Source: an uncultured Collinsella sp.
GTDB lineage: Bacteria > Actinomycetota > Coriobacteriia > Coriobacteriales > Coriobacteriaceae
DNA length: 64,000 nt
NCBI GenBank assembly: GCA_958370325.1
Contig: CATXJW010000003.1
Coordinates: 8,352-72,351, forward strand
Direction: 5' to 3'
In this document: one piece after another, positions 28,903 to 35,482 of the stretch
How positions within the stretch are numbered: position 1 is the first letter of the stretch
Layout: every line of letters starts with the position of its first letter
Translations under genes and position numbers: made by a program
The notes under the pieces: model-generated
Seen by the model: only the letters and a program-made list of their open reading frames with translations
What the model was told of the DNA's origin: nothing
Database searches by the model: none

Positions 28903-30852
28903 ATGGAACAGAGGGTCCTCGGGGGAAGATACCTCCTCAAGGATAAGGTGGGAACGGGCGGTATGGCGACCGTCTTCCGTGCACAGGATCAGGTCCTCGA
29001 CCGCACGGTTGCTGTCAAGATCATGCTGCCGCAGTATGCCGGCGACGCCACCTTCGCCGCCCGCTTTAAGCAGGAGGCCCAGGCAGCTGCCGGCCTGTCC
29101 TCCCCCTATATCGTGGGCGTCTACGACTGGGGCAAGGACGGCGACACCTATTACATCGTCATGGAGTACCTGCGCGGTACCGACCTTAAGAGCGGCATCA
29201 AGAGCCACGGCGCCCTCGATCCCAAGAAGGTCGCGCAGATCGGCTCGCAGATCAGCTCCGCGCTTTCGGTCGCACATAAGCACGAGATCATCCACCGCGA
29301 CATCAAGCCGCAAAACATCATGGTGCTGCCCGACGGCAACATCAAGGTAATGGATTTTGGCATCGCGCGCGCCAAGAACAGCCACCTCACGCAGGATAAC
29401 AACGTTCTGGGCACCGCCCACTATGTAAGCCCCGAGCAGACCCGCGGCCAGGACCTCGGCCCCACCTCGGATATCTACTCGCTGGGTGTCGTCATGTACG
29501 AGTGCGCCACCGGCCGCGTGCCCTTTGACGGCGACGACGCCATCTCGGTCGCGCTCAAGCAGGTCAACGAGCTGCCCATCCCGCCGAGCCAGATCAACTC
29601 CGGCGTCGATGCCGACCTGGAGCGCATCATCCTCAAGTGCATGGAGAAGGACCCGGCAAACCGCTTCCAGACGGCCGACGAGCTGCGCCAGGTGCTCAAC
29701 AGCTACCTGTCCGGCCGTGCCGTCAACGTCTCGGAGCCCACGCGCATCATCGGTGCCGCCGGCGACCTGGGTGCCACCAAGACCCGCGAGCTTTCCGACT
29801 CAACGCGCGCTATGGTTCGTCCCGTCTCGGGCGTGAGCGGTCAGAACACCGCCCGCAGCGCTGTCTCGGGCTCCACGGGCTCCTACGAGGTCGAGAAACC
29901 CAAGTCCAACAAGAACAAGATCATCGCCGCCGTGATTGCCGCCGTCGCCGTGATTGGCGTTGTAGTGGCCTTTGCCACGGGCATGTTCAGCGGCGAACAG
30001 GTCACGGTGCCCGACGTGCTGGGCAAGGACCAGGAAACCGCTATTGAGCTGATCAAGGAAGCCGGCCTTGAGGTAGGCACCGTCGATCAGAGCTACAACG
30101 ACGATGTCGACGAGGGAAAGGTCGCCGAGCAGACCCCCAACGGTAACACCAAGAAGGCCAAGGGCACGAGGGTGAACCTGGTAATCTCCAAGGGCCCTAA
30201 GCCCTCCGAAAAGGTTGAGGTTCCGCAGCTCCTCGGCCTGACCAAGGACCAGGCCGAGGCCGCACTGGCAAGCGTGGGCCTGAAGGGCAGCGCTTCGGAG
30301 GAGGCCAACGAGGCCGATGAGGGCCAGGTCTTTGAGCAGGGCACCGATGCCGGTAAGGAAGTCGCGAAGGGCACGACCATCTCGTACAAGGTCTCGAGCG
30401 GCCCGGATACCATGTCCGTCCCCGATCTGACCGACATGACCGAGGCCCAAGCGCGCAATGCCCTCGATATGGCAGGCTTCGGCGTCGACGTGAGCTACCA
30501 GGAGAACGACTCGGTTACCGAGGGCACCGTGATCAGCTGGAACCCCAGCGGTAAGCAGAAGCCCGGCGCCACGATTACCGTCGTCATTGCCAAGAAGTCC
30601 GGCAAGGCCAGCGTTCCGGGTAACCTGTACGGCAAGAGCATCTCCGCCGCCGTCACCGCGCTCAACAACGCCGGGTTCTACAACATCGCGTTCTGCGACC
30701 AGAACGGCAACCCCGTGAGCGGCAACGAAAACGCCACCGTTACGGGCGTCTCCCCCACCGGCAAGCAGTCCACCGACAACACGATTACGCTGACGGTTTC
30801 GATTTCTGGCTCTGGTACTGATTCAGGCGACGATTCCGGTACGACCAACTAG
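28903..30852 (+). CDS. pknB: PknB-type Ser/Thr kinase with four PASTA-like repeats
   Basis: Kinase motifs: VAVKIM, HRDIKPQNIMV, DFGIA, SPEQ. A single TM (IIAAVIAAVAVIGVVVAF) is followed by four ~65-aa repeats of the V.VPD..G......A...L...G type. Start set to the ATG at 28903, behind AGGAGCAGGA. Confidence 0.9.
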   Translation: MEQRVLGGRYLLKDKVGTGGMATVFRAQDQVLDRTVAVKIMLPQYAGDATFAARFKQEAQAAAGLSSPYIVGVYDWGKDGDTYYIVMEYLRGTDLKSGIKSHGALDPKKVAQIGSQISSALSVAHKHEIIHRDIKPQNIMVLPDGNIKVMDFGIARAKNSHLTQDNNVLGTAHYVSPEQTRGQDLGPTSDIYSLGVVMYECATGRVPFDGDDAISVALKQVNELPIPPSQINSGVDADLERIILKCMEKDPANRFQTADELRQVLNSYLSGRAVNVSEPTRIIGAAGDLGATKTRELSDSTRAMVRPVSGVSGQNTARSAVSGSTGSYEVEKPKSNKNKIIAAVIAAVAVIGVVVAFATGMFSGEQVTVPDVLGKDQETAIELIKEAGLEVGTVDQSYNDDVDEGKVAEQTPNGNTKKAKGTRVNLVISKGPKPSEKVEVPQLLGLTKDQAEAALASVGLKGSASEEANEADEGQVFEQGTDAGKEVAKGTTISYKVSSGPDTMSVPDLTDMTEAQARNALDMAGFGVDVSYQENDSVTEGTVISWNPSGKQKPGATITVVIAKKSGKASVPGNLYGKSISAAVTALNNAGFYNIAFCDQNGNPVSGNENATVTGVSPTGKQSTDNTITLTVSISGSGTDSGDDSGTTN

Positions 30853-30904
30853 TCATCAAGACGTTGCCCACAGCGGCTGCTGACGCAAATACATTCGCTC
30901 AATT

Positions 30905-30942
30905 GCGCCCGTTTGCTCCCCCTGCAAACGGGCGCTTTCTTC
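30905..30942 (+). terminator. rho-independent terminator after pknB
   Basis: GCGCCCGTTTGC-tccccc-TGCAAACGGGCGC followed by TTTCTTC. Confidence 0.65.
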
Positions 30943-30976
30943 ATCTGAAGTAGCGAAAACCACGGCATACCTTTAA

Positions 30977-31173
30977 ACCAGAAGAGTCCGGCACCGTGGT
31001 GGTACCGGGCTCGGCAAATCTCTGGTGCCCCCGGGCGGATTCGAAAACTCCCCCCGCGGGGAAATTGGTGACGCGGGTGTCGACGGTCCGAATCCTGCCC
31101 TAAGACCAGAAGAGCCCGGCACCATAGCGGTACCGGGCTCGATATTCCTCTGGTGCCCCCGGGCGGATTCGAA
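30977..31173. repeat. two 69-bp direct repeats, each holding a hairpin plus the 3'-terminal 26 nt of tRNA-Arg, with an inverted tRNA 3'-half fragment between them
   Basis: Copy 1 is 30977-31045 and copy 2 is 31105-31173: ACCAGAAGAG(T/C)CCGGCACC....GGTACCGGGCTCG......CTCTGGTGCCCCCGGGCGGATTCGAA. On the plus strand, 31073-31100 (GCGGGTGTCGACGGTCCGAATCCTGCCC) mimics the T-arm region of the tRNA in the opposite orientation. Confidence 0.7.
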
Positions 31174-31226
31174 CCGTCGACACCCGCTTTAGGAGAGCGG
31201 TGCTCTATCCCCTGAGCTACGGAGGC
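31151..31226 (-). tRNA. tRNA-Arg (anticodon CCU)
   Basis: The reverse complement is GCCTCCGTAGCTCAGGGGATAGAGCACCGCTCTCCTAAAGCGGGTGTCGACGGTTCGAATCCGCCCGGGGGCACCA. It folds as a cloverleaf: a 7-bp acceptor stem with one G-U, D arm GCTC/GAGC, anticodon stem CCGCT/AGCGG, loop CTCCTAA, T loop TTCGAAT and an encoded CCA. There is one A-C mismatch in the T stem. Confidence 0.85.
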
Positions 31227-31287
31227 ATGTCGTATTAGTGTAGCAGATTTGCGCCACTAACATGCAGCGCACGACCGCTCTTCGAGA

Positions 31288-31343
31288 TAGTCATCTGCGA
31301 CGTTCTTTAATGACAAGTCGTTTAAGAACGTCCCTAATAACTA
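31288..31343. repeat. 56-bp palindromic repeat (GGGGAC family), degenerate copy
   Basis: TAGTCATCTGCGACGTTCTTTAATGACAAGTCGTTTAAGAACGTCCCTAATAACTA. It is homologous to 34964-35019. Confidence 0.65.
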
Positions 31344-31351
31344 CCCAACGA

Positions 31352-31750
31352 CTAGTTGCCTTTGTGGAAGAGGTTTTTGATAACGGAGGGGATGCTCTTG
31401 GCGCCCTTAGCCGTCACATCGATAAAATCAGGCGAACGCACGAGCTTATCCTCGTCAACGTACTTGCGGACCGCACGAAGCGTCTCTTTGTCATCGCGCG
31501 TCGAAAACGTAAAGTGACCATTGTCCTTGGTGAAGATGGCAAAACGCGTAATCTTCTTGGTGCCGCGCAAAACCTCAGCGGCAATATAGTCGACCTCATC
31601 CCACGGGATCTGAATAAAATCCTCGGGATTGCGCTCGTTATAGTACTCAAACGCCTTATTGCCCACCATTACGTTACCGTGACTGGTAAGCCCCATCAGG
31701 CAGGTTGCCGGCGTTGCCAGATCGACCGTGCTGTTCTGAGATTGCGCCAT
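31352..31750 (-). CDS. manO: DUF956-family protein (ManO-like), last gene of the mannose-PTS operon
   Basis: 132 aa starting from the ATG at 31750, behind GGAGGG. The ...NVMVGNKAFEYY...FIQIPWDE...FAIFTKDNGHFTFSTRD pattern and the position after manZ fit ManO. Confidence 0.75.
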   Translation of the reverse strand: MAQSQNSTVDLATPATCLMGLTSHGNVMVGNKAFEYYNERNPEDFIQIPWDEVDYIAAEVLRGTKKITRFAIFTKDNGHFTFSTRDDKETLRAVRKYVDEDKLVRSPDFIDVTAKGAKSIPSVIKNLFHKGN

Positions 31751-31870
31751 GCGCGCCTCGCCCTCCAAATAAAACAATCGGACCGCATCCAGTGTACCCA
31801 CCGGGTGCGGTCCGTTTCAATGGCTCAAAAGCCCTTGCCTAGCAATTCTCGGTCTTAAGCCGAAACGTGC

Positions 31871-32791
31871 TTACATGAAGCCGCAGACGCGACCGATGAT
31901 GCCGATGGCGAAGAGAGCCAGGATGATGACGATCGGGCTGACCTTCTTCTTGAGGAGCTTGCAGACCAGCAGGGTCAGGCACACGGCGGCAAGGCCGGGG
32001 ATGAGCTGATCGAGGTTAGCCTGAAGCGTGGTGACCTTCACCTGATCAAGGGCGTTAGCACCGATGGAGTTATACATCGTCAGTGCTTCCTTGACGCCCT
32101 CAGAACCGGAGGGCAGGTTAGCCCAGTCGATAAAGGCGCCAGCAGACTGCGTGACCTTGGAGACGACCGGGGTGAAGGAGATGGACACCCAGCGCTCGAC
32201 CAGGGCGCCGATGATGAACATACCCAGGATGGAAGCACCCTCGGTGACCTTGCCCATCAGACCGCCGGAGAGGTCCTTGGCGATGGAGGAGCCGACCTTG
32301 TAGCCAAACTCCTGCGTGTACCACAGGAAGGCGTAACGGATGATGTTCCACGCGAAGAAGAACAGCAGCGGACCGGCGATGCTGCCGGACAGGGCCAGGG
32401 AAGCGCCCAGAGCGCCCAGAATCGGGCGAAGGGTGAACCAGAAGGCGGGGTCGCCGACGCCGGCGAGCGGGCCCATCATACCGACCTTGACGCCCTGAAT
32501 GGCGACGTCGTCAATCGGAGCACCGTTGGCGCGCTCCTCCTCGAGAGCGAGGGTAACGCCAATGACGGGGGCGGAAACATAAGGATGGGTGTTATAGAAC
32601 TCCAGGTGGCGCTTAAGAGCGGCAATCTGGTCATCCTTGCTGGTGTAGAGCTTCTTGATCGCAGGGATCATTGCGAAGCACCAGCCGCCGTTCTGCATAC
32701 GCTCGTAGTTCCACGAGCCCTGAAGGAACTGATGACGGAAGCAAACCTTCTTGCGGTCAGCCTTGGTGAGCTGAATCTTGTTCTCTGCCAT
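31871..32791 (-). CDS. manZ: PTS mannose/fructose/sorbose family EIID
   Basis: LTKADRKKVCFRHQFLQGSWNYERMQNGGWCFAMIP is the hallmark EIID N-terminus. Start set to the ATG at 32791, behind AGGAGGGG. Confidence 0.9.
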   Translation of the reverse strand: MAENKIQLTKADRKKVCFRHQFLQGSWNYERMQNGGWCFAMIPAIKKLYTSKDDQIAALKRHLEFYNTHPYVSAPVIGVTLALEEERANGAPIDDVAIQGVKVGMMGPLAGVGDPAFWFTLRPILGALGASLALSGSIAGPLLFFFAWNIIRYAFLWYTQEFGYKVGSSIAKDLSGGLMGKVTEGASILGMFIIGALVERWVSISFTPVVSKVTQSAGAFIDWANLPSGSEGVKEALTMYNSIGANALDQVKVTTLQANLDQLIPGLAAVCLTLLVCKLLKKKVSPIVIILALFAIGIIGRVCGFM

Positions 32792-32807
32792 ATGTATCAC
32801 TCCCCTC

Positions 32808-33626
32808 CTACTCGTAATCGTTCAGAATGTCGCCGAGCGGGTCGCCGGAGCCACCGCCCATGCCGCCACCCTGCTTAGCCAGATCCTTAAGGCCAAGGTA
32901 GATGAGGGCAAGGGAGATGCCGATGAGGCCAAGGGCGATCAGCGTGAGCTGAGGGATGGCAGCAAGGACAAAGCCGAGGATGAAGAACGGCCAGGTCTCC
33001 TTGGTGGCCATCATGTTGATGACCATGGCGTAACCGACGGAAGCGACCATGCCGCCGCCGACAGCCATGCCGCCGGACAGCCAGTCGGGCATAGCGTTAA
33101 GCGCGTTGGTAACAGCCTCGGCCGGGATGATGCACAGAAGCACTGCCGGGATGGCGATACGAAGACCCTGCATGAGGATAGCAGCGTACTGCCAGCGCTC
33201 GATGCCGGCGAAGTCGCCCTTCTCGGCGCAACCGTCCATGGCGTGAGCGATAGCGGTAGCCAGGGTACGGCAGATCATGGTCAGGAACAGACCAGCGACC
33301 GACAGAGGCACGGCGACGGCGATAGCGGCGGTAACGGCCTTGGCCGAATCGGTGGCGCCACCGTTGAGGGCGAGCACCATGATGATCGAAGAAGCGACCG
33401 AGGCCAGGGCGGCGTCAGGCGCGACGGCGGCGCCGACGTTAGCCCAGCCAAGGGCCATCATCTGGAGCGAACCGCCCAGGAGGATGCCCTCCTGAAGGTG
33501 ACCGGTTACGAGACCGATAAGCGTGCATGCCACGAGCGGCTGATGGAACTGGAACTCATCCAGAATGCCTTCCATACCGGCAAGCAACGCGACAATCGCA
33601 ACAAGCAGAATAGTGATTGCAGACAT
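32808..33626 (-). CDS. manY: PTS mannose family EIIC
   Basis: 272-aa polytopic protein beginning MSAITILLVAIVALLAGMEGILDEFQFHQPLVACTLIGLVTG, typical of ManY. Confidence 0.9.
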   Translation of the reverse strand: MSAITILLVAIVALLAGMEGILDEFQFHQPLVACTLIGLVTGHLQEGILLGGSLQMMALGWANVGAAVAPDAALASVASSIIMVLALNGGATDSAKAVTAAIAVAVPLSVAGLFLTMICRTLATAIAHAMDGCAEKGDFAGIERWQYAAILMQGLRIAIPAVLLCIIPAEAVTNALNAMPDWLSGGMAVGGGMVASVGYAMVINMMATKETWPFFILGFVLAAIPQLTLIALGLIGISLALIYLGLKDLAKQGGGMGGGSGDPLGDILNDYE

Positions 33627-33644
33627 GTATCGGACCCTCCTTTA

Positions 33645-34637
33645 CTATGCTTGAGCGGCCAGTTCGGCCTTAGCTTTCTTCAACATGGCGTCGAGATCCT
33701 CGGAGGAATCCGAAGGAACCTTGCGGACCTCGAACTTGACGCCCTTGGCCTTGAGGGCCTCGAGAGTCTTAACGTCGTCATCGCCCATAGCGACGGCGTT
33801 GGTGACGACGACCTTGCCCTTGGAGTGAGCCATGGAACCGATGTTGACTTCCTTGATGTCGACGCCGGCCTCGATGGCCTTGAGCAGATCCTGCGGGTTC
33901 TCGAAGAGCAGCATGGCCTTGGTGTCACCAAAGCGCGTGTCCTTGACGACCTCGGCCATCTTCTTGATGGGCACGACGTTGGCATGGACTCCCGGAGGGG
34001 CAGCCTGCTCGATCATGGTCTTGCGGAGCTCGTCGTGAGCAACGCCGTCGGAAACCACGATGATGCGGTTGGGGTTGACCTGCTTGGTCCACGTGGTGGC
34101 CACCTGACCATGAAGCAGACGGGTGTCGATACGGACGTGGGCGATCTTGATGTGCCCGTCGCCGATGACCGTTCCCGGAGGGATGGCGCCTGCAGGAGCA
34201 GCGGCGGCCGCAGCCGGCTTCTTCTCCTCGGGCTCCAGAGACTCGGGCTTGACGCGCACGCCAGCCTTAGCCTCAGTCACGAGATGTTTTGCGATCGCAT
34301 GTGCAGTGTTCTTTGCGTCAAAGCGCTGCGAATATGCCTCGATGAGCATAGGCAGGTTGACACCGGTGACGATAGCCCAGGAATCGTGGCCCTCGATGAG
34401 CCCGCTGATCTGGTTGAACGGCGTACCGCCCCACAGATCAACGAGGAAGAGCACCTGCTCCTGGTCCTCGAAGGAAGCGACTGCTTCCTCGACCTTGGCA
34501 CGGAAGTCGTCGGGGCCCATGCTCGGCTCGAGCGAGACCACGGCTACAGACGGCTGATCGCCAAAGACCATCGAGCCCGTCTGCTTGATTCCAGCCGCCA
34601 AGTCACCATGGCTAGCAAGAACAATACTTACCATCAC
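33645..34637 (-). CDS. manX: PTS mannose family EIIAB (fused)
   Basis: The EIIA part is IVLASHGDLAAGI... with His in SHG. An Ala/Pro linker follows. The EIIB part is IAHVRIDTRLLHGQV, which carries the phospho-His motif. Confidence 0.9.
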   Translation of the reverse strand: MMVSIVLASHGDLAAGIKQTGSMVFGDQPSVAVVSLEPSMGPDDFRAKVEEAVASFEDQEQVLFLVDLWGGTPFNQISGLIEGHDSWAIVTGVNLPMLIEAYSQRFDAKNTAHAIAKHLVTEAKAGVRVKPESLEPEEKKPAAAAAAPAGAIPPGTVIGDGHIKIAHVRIDTRLLHGQVATTWTKQVNPNRIIVVSDGVAHDELRKTMIEQAAPPGVHANVVPIKKMAEVVKDTRFGDTKAMLLFENPQDLLKAIEAGVDIKEVNIGSMAHSKGKVVVTNAVAMGDDDVKTLEALKAKGVKFEVRKVPSDSSEDLDAMLKKAKAELAAQA

Positions 34638-34963
34638 ATAACCTCCTTTTTGTCTACGTATTTCCTACACGACAAAAAAGAGTATAGCCGCAAGTGTGGC
34701 AAAATTATAGGAAAAAATGTGAATGGTTGGATTATTTGTTTAAACGTCATGCTTTTGTTACAAGTTGGTTACATCGCTGGTTTTCAGCTATTCCTCGCTA
34801 AACATAATTAGTTTGACCATCTTAGAAAACAGATACAGGCACAGCATTCACTAATACCGATTTAAATCGGATAAGAACCTGCTTGACTCTTCGATATTTT
34901 GTTTAAACAGACGTGACTTGACTAATTTCGTTAGTTATGCTCTAGCAAACCGTCAAAAAAGAA

Positions 34964-35019
34964 TAGTCATTGGGGACGTTCTTTAATGACTAGTCGTTTA
35001 AGAACGTCCCCAATGACTA
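34964..35019. repeat. 56-bp palindromic repeat (GGGGAC family), best-preserved copy
   Basis: TAGTCATTGGGGACGTTCTTTAATGAC TAGTCGTTTAAGAACGTCCCCAATGACTA. The outer 20 nt of each arm are perfectly complementary. It starts 2 nt after the hypA stop. Confidence 0.7.
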
Positions 35020-35021
35020 AG

Positions 35022-35447
35022 TTAGGCGATGTGGAGGGGGTTGGCGGCGTCGACGGCGTCAGGAGCAGCGGGACCATCAGGGGTAGCGTCTGCCAGGTTC
35101 TCGTCGGGGGTCTCGATCTGCTTGATCATGACATCCTGGCCCTGCAGCAGATAAGTCTCGCCGCTACCGCAATGGGGACAGGTCTTTCCGTACTCGACCG
35201 TCGCGTAGTCGCGGCCGCACGCCTCGCAATGTGTCACGGCCTCAACGGGCTCCACGATAAGCTCCGAGCCCTCGGTGATAGGCTTTTTATCTGCTGCCCA
35301 GCGCCAAGCGTCGAGCAGCAAGTCGGGAACGACGCCCGAGACCTCGCCCAGCAGCAACGTCACGCTCGAAACGCGACGCACGCCATTGGCGCGCGCCACA
35401 TTCTCGACATCGCGAATGATGTGATAGACGATTCCGAGCTCGTGCAC
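35022..35447 (-). CDS. hypA: HypA-like nickel/zinc metallochaperone
   Basis: The GTG start at 35447 behind GGCGGAAGGA gives VHELGIVYHIIRDVENVA..., CEACG...CPHCGS (the zinc CxxC pairs) and ...VMIKQIE. The longer 184-aa ORF in the track is an upstream extension. Confidence 0.75.
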   Translation of the reverse strand: MHELGIVYHIIRDVENVARANGVRRVSSVTLLLGEVSGVVPDLLLDAWRWAADKKPITEGSELIVEPVEAVTHCEACGRDYATVEYGKTCPHCGSGETYLLQGQDVMIKQIETPDENLADATPDGPAAPDAVDAANPLHIA

Positions 35448-35482
35448 TTTTATATTCCTTCCGCCGTTCCCGTTATGACTAC

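Noticed and set aside
30853-31351. Integrated prophage or genomic island at the tRNA-Arg gene
   Set aside because: att-like duplicated tRNA 3' ends are present, but there is no integrase, excisionase or phage-like ORF on either side. The adjacent genes are pknB and the man operon. I kept it only as a possible relic.
32778-34811. 677-aa plus-strand ORF
   Set aside because: It is antisense to manY and manX, which are strongly supported. It also runs through the AT-rich man promoter region.
34640-34960. Sigma-54 (-24/-12) promoter for the man operon, as in Firmicutes
   Set aside because: I found no TGGCAC-N5-TTGC match with correct spacing on the minus strand. There are only two copies of TTTGTTTAAAC (about 34733 and 34894), which I could not interpret.
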